Positions 11,359-22,319 of a stretch of 32,550 nucleotides of DNA are shown one piece after another (position 1 is the first letter of the stretch; the number at the start of each line of letters is the position of its first letter). The notes under the pieces were generated by a model. The model worked only from the letters and a program-made list of their open reading frames with translations, searched no databases and had not been told where the DNA came from. The position numbers and the translations under genes were made by a program. This DNA is from Malacoraja senta. Taxonomy: Eukaryota. The stretch covers positions 186,001 to 218,550 of the forward strand of contig JAXLNO010000143.1 of NCBI GenBank assembly GCA_038087875.1, read 5' to 3'.

Positions 11359-12332
11359 CAACTCCTACCTCGACAAAAACCTGGACCCACTGCAGTTCTC
11401 TTACCGCCACAACAGATCAACGGTGGATGCGATCTCGCTGGCCCTCCACTCTTCTCTGGGAAACTTGGACAACAAAAACTCATATGTCAGGCTGTTATTC
11501 ATTGATTATACCTCGGCATTTAATACAATCATCCCCTCCAAGCTGGTTACCAAACTCGCAGAACTGAGTCTCTGCAATTGGATCCTCGACTTCCTCATTC
11601 TCAGACCAGTCTGTTCGTATTGGTGGAAATGTGTCAGACTCGATAACACTCTGCACAGGTGCACCTCAAGACTGCGTGCTCAGCCCCCTGCTGTACTCAA
11701 TCTATACTCATGACTGCATAGCTGGACATAGTGCGAACTCCATCATCAAGTTTGCTGACAACACCACTGTTGTGGGACGTATCACTGATGGGGATGAGTC
11801 AGAGTATAGAAGAGAAGTCGAGCAACTGTCCATATGGTGCCAGCACAATAACTTGGCACTCAACACCAGCAAAAAGATTACAAAAAGTAGTAAACACTGC
11901 CCAGTCCATCATCGGCTCTGACCTCCCTTCCATCGAGGGGATCTATCGCAGTTGCTGCCTCAAAAAGGCTGGCACAATCATCAAGGACCCACACCATCCT
12001 GGCCACACACTCATCTCCCTGCTGCCTTCAGGTAGAAGGTACAGGAGCCTGAAGACTGCAACGACCAGGTTCAGGATTAGCTACTTCCCCACAGCCATCA
12101 GGCTATTAAACTTGGCTCGGACAAAACTCTGAACATTAATAGCCCATTATATGTTATTTGCACTTTATCAGTTTATTTATTCATGTGTGTATAAATTTAT
12201 ATAATTGTATATGGACACACTGATCTGTTTTGTAGTCAATGCCTACTATGTTCTGTTGTGCTGAAGCAAAGCAAGAATTTCATTGTACAATCAGGAACAC
12301 ATGACAATAAACTCAATTGAACGAACTTGAAC
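11358..12332 (+). mobile_element. Rex1/Babar-like LINE fragment (RT plus 3' UTR, internally deleted)
   Basis: [95 protein letters not shown] then (TTGAAC)-like tail. Confidence 0.85.
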
Positions 12333-12393
12333 AATAGGATTACTTCAAATAAATAATGTCTGAAAATTATGCACTTTATTTATGTTCCACTTT

Positions 12394-14682
12394 TTAAAGT
12401 TTTTTACATCTCCTTTTAACAGTCATGTTATGCATGTTTCTATTCTTGAATTTGAGTCCATAGTGCATGTGTATACTCACAAAGATTGCTTCAATTCTAA
12501 TCTTGACTCTATTGCAGCACAAGTTCATGTCTTTGTATTGCTGTGTGTTATGTATTGCTGTGTTTATTAGATGGGAAATGTTATCCCTGATCATCTTAAC
12601 ATCATCAAATTCTGTGCGGAACACTTTCTCGCACACTTCACAGAACCCAAGAAAGTATTCCGAAGGCACCATCAATGAGCCAAAGTCAGACGTTGATGTG
12701 TCGTATGCTTTGTGATGGATGAATATGAGTGCAGGATCTACTAAAGTGGCATCCGTTCGTAATAGAACTTCTCTGCATGTGTGGCATTTTGAGGACAGTT
12801 CATGTGAAGAGATGATTTTGTGACAGATGTGTCCTGCGATGTAAGCTAGTGTATTCTCTTCAGGGAGATCTAGTGAAATGCTGCAGACTGCATTGTGCTG
12901 TTTTGTTTTATTGGTATCGGAGATAGATGGAGATGGTTTCTTGACTCTGTTTTTTGTTAGTGTTTGCAATGTTAAGATAAATCTGTCTGAGTCGGGGGAA
13001 CAGTTTGCACTCACAGATGGTTTTATCAGTTCAGCCACCATAACCATCCGGAAAGCACATCGAAACTCCCTCACTGATGGATTTTCTCTGAATCCGCCCT
13101 TTCGCCGAATAGTGGAGAACAAATTCTCTACAATATCCTGATTGATCCGAGATGTGAACATAAAACGGGCGTCTGTGCTTTCCTTTATGTGCTGCCACAG
13201 CTGTGAAATGCAAGAAATTGCAAGCAGCCATCCCTTGACAAACAACACATTTTTAGCTCCAAGCACTGTCAAGCTTCGGAGTACAGTCAAGCATGATTCA
13301 AAGAATGACTTATGCGCAGACTTTTCAGAAATAGGCCTCCTTAACATTTTGGGGTCCTTGAAAAACCTGCTGTTAAATGAGTCAAACAGTCCATCAACCA
13401 TTTCAATGAACTCTGCCGTATAAACAGCCTCCCCAGGTAACTTTCCAAGAGCTGCATAGGTGTAGACGCCTGCTGCTACCGAATGGCTAAGCACCTGCGC
13501 AGCCTTGTTGACTCATTTTAGAGAAGCTGTTTAAAACAAAATGGCCTCTGTAGTATTCGTTTTCATTGATAATTTAATCTGTTGTACTCTGGTTAATTTA
13601 TGGGCCTTTCTAATGGGCAACTGTGAATCATGCTCATAAAATGTGTAAATATGCGCCCATTTGATATGTTTTTTTCTGCCATCCTCTCCCTTGACCTCAA
13701 AAACATATTTCTCCAAATTTGAGCGAGTGTTTTTCAACAAGTGGGGTGGGTCATGCATGCAATAGATATTGGTTCCCCCGTGGACGAAGAAAGGATGGTC
13801 TTCTGTCACACCCAAGTTGGAGTACAGGCGAATATTGCTTGGGCCTTGGTCACAAACAACGGCCTTAGGCTGTAGTCCAATAGCCTTAACCTTCTGTAAA
13901 CATTCATTGAGTAATGTTTGCAGTTTGTCAGCCGTTGTGCAGTCCCGTGAAAGAAAGTAACCTACAGGTTGCTTCCATTTCCCCATCAAGCCTCTAACCA
14001 TGAAAACTAGAGCATGGTTGGCAGGCCTTGATGTCTTCCCTAGGGATCCAAAGTCCTCAAAACCCTCCACTGAATCTTCAGTAATATTGTAAGAGAGGCT
14101 TGCACGTAAACTCATTTCGTCAAAGGAGACTACACATAATGTATCCCTCTCTGTCATCCCCGCAACCCTGTCTTTCAAAAGTTCAAAGATCTCAGGGGGA
14201 AACCCAGGCCTCACTTCAATATTGCTCAACCACCTACGTAGTGATGAGATTGATGGAAGTGTGAAAATGCACTGGCAGAACTGATATGCTCGGGGACTCT
14301 GGTGGTAAAGGGACAAGGCAACCACCTTGTCTGAATAACTCCATCGTCTTCCTCTTGCACTTCTACGTCCAGCCGCATTACGCAACTGCGACGCAAAGAA
14401 AGACAGTGCTGGTTCTTGTAAAAATTCACCAGCCCCTCTGATCGTCACTAATTGTCTTAATTTCTGTAGTATTCTTTTTCATTGATAATTTAATCTGTTG
14501 TACTCTTTTTTTGAGGCGGAAAGTACGCTGTCTTTCCTTCTTCAGAGCTCTGCTGTCATTCACATTTGGTGTGGATTGAAGATCAGGTTTTTCAGGAGTT
14601 GTAGAGACATTGCTGGGTTCTTTACGATGAATTTTGTCTGCAGCTGAGCAGTAAGAATGTTCGGCCAGTATGTTGTGTGACA
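12394..14682 (-). pseudogene. Exon 3: EHSY motif, coiled coil, RNase H-like DDE core, GTP-binding insertion region and C-terminus
   Basis: Acceptor ttttgtcttggcag|TG; ORFs 14426-14773, 13531-14448 and 12394-13494 join after repairing indels; AATAAA (minus) at 12375-12380. Confidence 0.9.
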
Positions 14683-15140
14683 CTGCCAAGACAAAAAAAA
14701 TGAGAAAGGGAAAAAGAAATGTCAAGCATACTAATGAAAAAGATGAAGCATATACATGTAAATAAATCAGCATCTACTAATAATTATAATTAAATATAGA
14801 TGTGATGCACCAATTTCAATCTACCAGAAGAAAATCATGATCTTGATTTTTTGAAGATTTAAAAAACATTAAATCAATTTAAATGTTGTATGAATTATGC
14901 TTGAGGAAGATTTAAAAGGATGTTCTTACTTTAATTAAATACTAGTACACATTCCATCAGCCCACACTGTAGTCTTACGTGTGATTATAGTTTTGTGAAC
15001 ATTTCACAAATGAAAATAAAAGTACCATACATGCCATTACATATTGACCATTGGCAATTATATCAGTTTGGATATAACTTTTTAATATTTAGCCAAAATG
15101 AGAGAATATATTTTATTTTAAAAAGGAGAAAATTACTTGC

Positions 15141-15409
15141 CTCTTTGCTGTTTTAAAGGCGTTGGTGAGGATGGGAGGTTCTCATTCTTCCTCTTGAGTA
15201 ACCTGCGTTGGGAAGACAGATGTTTTGGCGGGTTAGGAATGTCAAAGAGCGTTGGAACTGCATTCCAATTTAGCCTGTTCTTGGTCTGCTTGTTGGAAAA
15301 CTGGTCAAGTTCAAAGTGTAAAGAACAAAGACAACAGTTGGCTGACAAGTACTCCGGAGTTCAGTTCAGGAGATCTTGTCGACGAGTATTCTGGACCCAC
15401 TGTTGACAT
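15141..15409 (-). pseudogene. Exon 2: C-terminal part of the THAP zinc finger
   Basis: (R)CQQWVQNTRRQDLLN*TPEYLSANCCLCSLHF...NAVPTLF; acceptor tttcag, donor AG|gcaagt. Confidence 0.9.
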
Positions 15410-16110
15410 CTGAAATTACAGAACATATCATTTAGGATTAACTACATGCCTGCAGAATGGATGATGTATCACTTAAGTGCAATTGTTTTCAGTTGTGTGG
15501 AGAGACCTGTATATTGAAGATGCATTTTGCCTCTAATATGTCAATTTACCTTAAATGTAGAAGAGAATATTAAAAACTTCTTACAAAGACCATTAAGTAT
15601 TTTCTTTCTATCCTCTTTTGGACCTAAGGCATAGCAGGGCTGCCAACTCTCACACAGAGGGAAGGGAGGGACAGAGGGAAGGGAGGGAGGGAAAGAACGG
15701 AGAGGGAGAGAGGGAGGGATCGAGAGAAGAGAGGGGGAGAGAGAGATCGAGAGAAGGGGGAGAGAGAGAGATCGATTCTGACTCCGCGGTGTTTTCAATC
15801 CAGCGCCGCCCGCCCGCGGCGGGTCGCTCTCAGACCGCAGACCGCAGATCCTCGATGTTGGTGGTCGGCGGTCACAGCACTCCGGAGCGGCGACCCGGCA
15901 AGGCATCGCCCGCTCCGTGTTGGTGTCCCAGCGCTGAGAGAGAGAAGGAGAAAAAGAGAGAAGGGGAAAGAGAGAGAAGGGGAGAGGGAGAAGGGGGTGA
16001 GGGAGAAGGGGGAGAGGGAGAAGGGGGAGAGGGAGAAGGGGGAGTGGGAGAAGGGGGAGAGGTAGAGTGGAACGATGGCACGTTATAAGGCGCAGCCGTC
16101 CCATTCCGGC

Positions 16111-16146
16111 CAAAGATTATAGAGCAGAGCTCCTCTAGTATCTTTG
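16111..16146. mobile_element. 36-bp P-element footprint or mini-element with 8-bp TSD
   Basis: ATTCCGGC[CAAAGATTATAGAGCAGA-GCTCCTCTAGTATCTTTG]ATTCCGAC; the TSD is perfect in the duplicate at 20479-20514. Confidence 0.85.
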
Positions 16147-16195
16147 ATTCCGACCGCCACCGCCGCCGCCGAACCCCCCGCCCCACCATTGCACC

Positions 16196-16232
16196 CAAAG
16201 ATTATAGAGCGAGTGGAGTTTTATAATCTTTG
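16196..16232. mobile_element. 37-bp P-element footprint or mini-element with perfect 8-bp TSD
   Basis: ATTGCACC[CAAAGATTATAGAGCGAGTGGAGTTTTATAATCTTTG]ATTGCACC; duplicate at 20558-20594. Confidence 0.85.
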
Positions 16233-16614
16233 ATTGCACCCTTCTTCACGCCGGGCTTGTGATCTTTGCTTGTGGTGTCTCGACAATTCGAGGGACATAA
16301 CGGGTAACAGCCCGCCGCGTTCCCGGACTCGAATCTGAGCTCGAAAAATCTGGTGGTCACTGGGCCTAATGTGTCCATAACGCGGGCCATATTTTGGAGA
16401 CCCCTGCCTTACAAGAACAAAACCAAAAACGTACAGAAGTGTTACAATTATTGGCTTTATTATTGGTAAATAAAGATCTATTAAAAATAATTCTAATAAC
16501 TTTCTAATGTACCGACAAACCTAGTTTCCCAATGACCGTTGATGGGAGAACAGAAAATAACATTTTCAGTTCAGAATAAAATCGACAGATGTCAAATATA
16601 ATATATTTTCTCAC

Positions 16615-16724
16615 CTTTCTTTTTTATCGGGGAACCTAAAGTATGACAGGTCGGGTCGTTTACATTGACGATTAGAGCAATTGATAGCAGAGCAGTGAGA
16701 TGAAGATTTAGATGTAGATGCCAT
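16615..16724 (-). pseudogene. Exon 1: N-terminal part of the THAP domain
   Basis: MASTSKSSSHCSAINCSNRQCKRPDLSYFRFPDKKE(R); Kozak-like GTCATGG; donor AG|gtgaga. Confidence 0.9.
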
Positions 16725-16793
16725 GACTGTAGTCGAGGCACGCCGGTAAAATGGCGTCGACAACCACCCATGGCATACTACCCTTTTTTCGCT

Positions 16794-16827
16794 GAGTGGC
16801 GCATCTTGACCTGCTATATAATCTTTG
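16794..16827 (-). mobile_element. 5' terminal repeat of the P element
   Basis: Minus strand reads CAAAGATTATATAGCAGGTCAAGATGCGCCACTC, 103 bp upstream of the ATG; similarity to the element-free paralog (25150) begins exactly at 16828. Confidence 0.85.
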
Positions 16828-16876
16828 GTGAAGAGCAGGTAAGGATAAAAGCACTGCCATGCAGCGGGAGGCAGGA

Positions 16877-17545
16877 ATGCAGCCAGTGATGCATGCATTC
16901 CCTTTAATGCAGCCAGTGATGCATGCATTCCCATTAATGCAGCCAGTGATGCATGCATTCCCTTTAATGCAGCCAGTGATGCATGCATTCCCTTTAATGC
17001 AGCCAGTGATGCATGCATTCCCTTTAATGCAGCCAGTGATGCATGCATTCCCTATAATGCAGCCAGTGGTGCATGCATTCCCTTTGATGCAGCCAGTGAT
17101 GCATGCATTCTCTTCAATGCGGCCAGTGACGCATGAATTCCCTTTAATGCAGCCAGTGATGCATGCATTGGCTTTAATGCAGCCAGTGATGCATGCATTC
17201 CCTTTAATGCAGCCAGTGATGCATGCATTCCCTTTACTGCAGCCAGTGACGCATGCATTCCCTTTAATGCAGCTAGTGACGCATGCATTCCCTTTAATGC
17301 AGCCAGTGACGCATGCATTTCCTTTAATGCAGCCAGTGACGCATGCATTCCATTTAATGCAGCAGTGACGCATGCATTCCCTTTAATGCAGCCAGTGACG
17401 CATGCATTCCCTTTAATGCAGCCAGTGACGCATGCATTCCCTTTAATGCAGCCAGTGATGCATGCATTCCATTTAATGCAGCCAGGTGATGCATGTATTC
17501 CCTTTAATGCAGCCAGTGGTGCATGCATTCCCTTTAATGCAGCAG
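16877..17545. repeat. 30-bp minisatellite (ATGCAGCCAGTGATGCATGCATTCCCTTTA), about 22 copies, array 1
   Basis: Directly visible. Confidence 0.97.
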
Positions 17546-17899
17546 GGGGAACATGCACAGGCGCTTGCAGGCCGATCCCCGCATTTTATAATTCACACTA
17601 TATTCACACTTAAAATAGCCCTTCAGGCCGATTTCTGTCTTATTTCCAAACCATTTCCCCAAACCCCTCCCCAAACTCACAAAGCCGACCTTGCGTGACA
17701 ACGGCGTGGATGTGGGAGCCCAGACCGGCCAAAACAGGCCCTTCGGCCCATTCCCTCCCGTGCCAGCCCGCAGTTGGTATTGTGTGAATCGGACTACGTT
17801 CGTCCAAATCCCCTCGAGCAGAGAGAGAGAGACAGAGAGACAGAGAGAGAAAGAGAGGCAGAGAGAAAGAGGGACAGAGAGAGAGAAACAGAGAGACAG

Positions 17900-18482
17900 A
17901 GTGATACAGCGCGGAAACAGGCCCTTTGGCCCAACTTGACACACTGGCCTACATGCCCCATCTACACTAGTCCCACATGCTGCCCGGGTTTGGCCCATAT
18001 CCCTCCAAACCTGTCTTATCCATGTACCTGGCCAAGTGTTGTTATAGTCCCAGCCTCAACTGCCTCCTCCGGCAGCTCGTTCCATACACCCACCACCCTC
18101 TGTGTGGAAAAGTTGCCCCTCAGGTTCCTATTCAAATTTCCCTTAAACCCGTGTCCTCTGATCCTCGATTCCCCTATTCTGGGCAGGAGACTCTGTGTGT
18201 CTACCCGATCTATTTCTCTGGTGATTTTGTACACATCTATATGATCAGCCCTCATCCTCCTGCGCTCCAAGGAATAGAGTCCCAGCCTGCCCCAACCTCT
18301 CCCTGTAGCTCAGGGCCCCTCGAGTCCCGGCAAAATCCTAGTAAATCTTCTCCGCGCCCTTTCCAAACCAATGACATCTTTCATGTAACACGGTGCTCAG
18401 AACTGAACGCAATACTCTAAACGCAACCTCACCAACGTCTCGAACAACTGCACCGTGACCTCCCAACTTCTATACTCAATAC
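17900..18482 (-). mobile_element. CR1/HER1 LINE 3' fragment, copy 1
   Basis: YRSWEV..LEYCVQF, LERRRMRADHIDVYKI, NFSTQRVVGVWNELPEE. Confidence 0.88.
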
Positions 18483-18510
18483 AGAGACAGAGAGAGAGAG
18501 AAATAGATAC

Positions 18511-18604
<94 letters not shown>

Positions 18605-18625
18605 GAAAGAAAGAAAGAAAGAAAA

Positions 18626-18665
<40 letters not shown>

Positions 18666-18683
18666 AAAAGAGGGAGAGAGAGA
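18483..18683. repeat. (GA)n/(GAAA)n microsatellite at the duplication junction
   Basis: Directly visible. Confidence 0.95.
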
Positions 18684-21195
18684 GTGGTAGAGGGACAAGG
18701 CAACCACCTTGTCTGAATAACTCCATCGTCTTCCTCTTGCACTTCTACGTCCAGCCGCATTACGCAACTGCGACGCAAAGAAAGACAGTGCTGGTTCTTG
18801 TAAAAATTCACCAGCCCCTCAGATCAAGTCACTAATTGTCTTAATTTCTGTAGTATTCTTTTTCATTGATAATTTAATCTGTTGTACTCTTTTTTTGAGG
18901 CGGAAAGTACGCTGTCTTTCCTTCTTCAGAGCTCTGCTGTCATTCACATTTGGTGTGGATTGAAGAATCAGGTTTTTCAGGAGTTGTAGAGACATTGCTG
19001 GGTTCTTTACGATGAATGTTGTCTGCAGCTGAGCAGTAAGAATGTTCGGCCAGTATGTTGTGTGTACACTGCCAAGACAAAAAAAATGAGAAAGGGAAAA
19101 AGAAATGTCAAGCATACTAATGAAAAAGATGAAGCATATACATGTAAATAAATCAGCATCTACTAATAATTATAATTAAAAATAGATGTGATGCACCAAT
19201 TTCAATCTACCAGAAGAAAAGTTAAATCAATTTAAATGTTGTATGAATTATGCTTGAGGAAGCTTTAAATGGATGTTCTTACTTTAATTAAATACTAGTA
19301 CGCATTCCATCAGCCCACACTGTGTAGTCTTACGTGTGATTATAGTTTTGTGAACATTTCACAAATGAAAATAAAAGTACCATACATGCCATTACATATT
19401 GACCATTGGCAATTATATCAGTTTGGATATAACTTTTTAATATTTAGCCAAAATGAGAGAATATATTTTATTTTAAAAAGGAGAAAATTACTTGCCTCTT
19501 TGCTGTTTTAAAGGCGTTGGTGAGGATGGGAGGTTCTCATTCTTCCTCTTGAGTAACCTGCGTTGGGAAGACAGACTTTTTGGCGGGTTAGGAATGTCAA
19601 AGAGCGTTGGAACTGCATTCCAATTTAGCCTGTTCTTGGTCTGCTTGTTGGAAACTGGTCAAGTTCAAAGTGTAAAGAACAAAGACAACAGTTGGCTGAC
19701 AAGTACTCCGGAGTTCAGTTCAGGAGATCTTGTCGACGAGTATTCTGGACCCACTGTTGACATCTGAAATTACAGAACATATCATTTAGGATTAACTACA
19801 TGCCTGCAGAATGGATGATGTATCACTTAAGTGCAATTGTTTTCAGTTGTGTGAGAGACCTGTATATTGAAGATGCATTTTGCCTCTAATATGTCAATTT
19901 ACCTTAAATGTAGAAGAGAATATTAAAAACTTCTTACAAAGACCATTAAGTATTTTCTTTCTATCCTCTTTTGGACCTAAGGCATAGCAGGGCTGCCAAC
20001 TCTCACACAGAGGGAAGGGAGGGAGAGAGGGAAGGGAGGGAGGGAAAGAACGGAGAGGGAGAGAGGGAGGGAGATCGAGAGAAGAGAGGGGAGAGAGAGA
20101 TCGAGAGAAGGGGGAGAGAGAGAGATCGATTCTGACTCCGCGGTGTTTTCAATCCAGCGCCGCCCGCCCGCGGCGGGACGCCCTCAGACCGCAGACCGCA
20201 GATCCTCGATGTTGGTGGTCGGCGGTCACAGCACTCCGGAGCGGCGACCCGGCAAGGCATCGCCCGCTCCGTGTTGGTGTCCCAGTGCTGAGAGAGAGAA
20301 GGAGAAAGAGAGAGAAGGGGAAAGGGAGAGAAGGGAGAGGGAGAAGGGGGTGAGGGAGAAGGGGGAGAGGGAGAAGGGGGAGTGGGAGAAGGGGAAGAGG
20401 GAGAAGGGGGAGTGGGAGAAGGGGGAGAGGGAGAGTGGAACGATGGCACGTTATAAGGCGCAGCCTTCCCATTCCGGCCAAAGATTATAGAGCAGAGCTC
20501 CTCTAGTATCTTTGATTCCGGCCGCCGCCGCCGAACCCCCAGCCCCACCATTGCACCCAAAGATTATAGAGCGAGTGGAGTTTTATAATCTTTGATTGCA
20601 CCCTTCTTCACGGCGGGCTTGTGATCTTTGCTTGTGGTGTCTCGACAATTCGAGGGACATAACGGGGTAACAGCCGCCGCGTTCCCGGACTCGAATCTGA
20701 GCTGGACAAATCTGGTGGTCACTGGGCCTAATGTGTCCATAACGCGGGCCATATTTTGGAGACCCCTGCCTTACAAGAACAAAACCAAAAACGTACAGAA
20801 GTGTTACAATTGTTGACTTTATTATTGGTAAATAAAGATCTATTAAAAATAATTCTAATAACTTTCTAATGTACCGACAAACCTAGTTTCCCAATGGACC
20901 GATGATGATGATGGGAGAACAGAAAATAACATTTTCAGTTCAGAATAAAATCGACAGATGTCACATATAATATATTTTCTCACCTTTCTTTTTTATCGGG
21001 GAACCTAAAGAATGACAGGTCGGGTCGTTTACATTGACGATTAGAGCAATTGATAGCAGAGCAGTGAGATGAAGATTTAGATGTAGATGCCATGAGTGTA
21101 GTCGAGGCACGCCGGTAAAATGGCGTCGACAACCACCATGGCATACTACCCTTTTTTCGCTGTGTGGCGCATCTTGCTCTGCTATATAATCTTTG
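18684..21195 (-). pseudogene. Second, 3'-truncated copy of the P element 5' half (TIR, exon 1 21093-20984, exon 2 19763-19496, partial exon 3 from 19068)
   Basis: Near-identical to 14302-16827, with scattered substitutions and indels; private TGA at 18819-18821. Confidence 0.93.
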
Positions 21196-21244
21196 GTGAA
21201 GAGCAGGTAAGGATAAAAGCACTGCCATGCAGCGGGAGGCAGGA

Positions 21245-21972
21245 ATGCAGCCAGTGATGCATGCATTCCCTTTAATGCAGCCAGTGATGCATGCATTCCC
21301 ATTGATGCAGCCAGTGATGCATGCATTCCCTTTAATGCAGCCAGTGATGCATGCATTCCCTTTGATGCAGCCAGTGATGCATGCCTTCTCCTTAATGCAG
21401 CCAGTGATGCATGCATTACCTTTAATGCAGCCAGTGATGCATGCATTGCCTTTAATGCAGCCAGTGACGCATGCACTCCCTTTAATGCAGCCAGTGACGC
21501 ATGCATTCCCTTTAATGCAGCCAGTGACGCATTCATTCCCTTTAATGCCGTCAGTGGCGCATGCATTCCCTTTAATGCAGCCAGTGACGCATGCATTCCC
21601 TTTAATGCAGCCAGTGACACATGCATTCCCTTTAATGCAGCCAGTGACGCATGCATTCCCTTTAATGCAGCGAGTGACGCATGCATTCCCTTTAATACAG
21701 CCAGTGAAGCATGCATTCCCTTTAATGCAGCCAGTGATGCATGCATTCCCTTAAATGCAGCCAGTGATACATGCATTCCCTTTAATACAGCCAGTGATGC
21801 ATGCATTCCCTTTAATCCAGCCAGTGATGCATGCATTCCATTTAATGCAGCCAATGATGCATGCATTCCCTTTAATGCAGCCAGTTATGCATGCATTCCA
21901 TTTAATGCAGCCAATGATGCATGCATTCCCTTTCATGCAACCAGTGATGCATGCATGCCCTTTAATGCAGCA
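21245..21972. repeat. 30-bp minisatellite array 2, about 24 copies
   Basis: Same unit as array 1. Confidence 0.97.
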
Positions 21973-22319
21973 GGGGGAACATGCACAGGTGCTTGCAGGC
22001 CGATCCCCGCATTTTATAATTCACACTATATTCACACTTAATATAGCCCTTCAGGCAGATTTCTGTCTTATTTCCAAACCATTTCCCCAAACTCACGAAG
22101 CCGACCTTGCGTGACAACGGTGTGGATGTGGGGAGCCCAGACCGGCCAAAACAGGCCCTTCGGCCCATTCCCCCCCCTGCCAGCCCGCAGTTGGTATTGT
22201 GTGAATCAGGTCTACGTTCGCCCAAATCCCCTCTAGCAGAGAGAGAGAGAGACAGAGAGACAGAGAGAGAAAGAGAGGCAGAGAGAAAGAGGGACAGCGA
22301 GAGAGAAACAGAGAGACAG

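Larger units (their letters stand above)
12394..16724 (-). pseudogene. THAP-domain P-element (THAP9-like) transposase gene, 3 exons, disabled
   Basis: Exon 1 16724-16615, exon 2 15409-15141, exon 3 14682-12394, with consistent splice phases (2, 1). P motifs FDEM, KWKQPVGYF, VVCDQG, DPPHLLK, AAQVLSHSVA, FDSFNS, NQDIVENLFS. Lesions: TGA at 15361-15363, -2 at about 14444, +41 at 13547-13587, -2 at about 13513. Confidence 0.93.

Noticed and set aside
13527..13587. A 61-nt GT-AG intron rescuing the transposase frame
   Set aside because: Weak donor (GTACAA), and the spliced product reads AGA CTT CTC TAA, still a stop.
15636..15650. CAGGGCTGCCAAC as a hAT-type terminus in intron 1
   Set aside because: No matching inverse end or TSD found.
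12394..16724. Calling the gene THAP9
   Set aside because: It has termini, multiple related copies and disabling lesions; orthology cannot be shown from the sequence, so no symbol was given.
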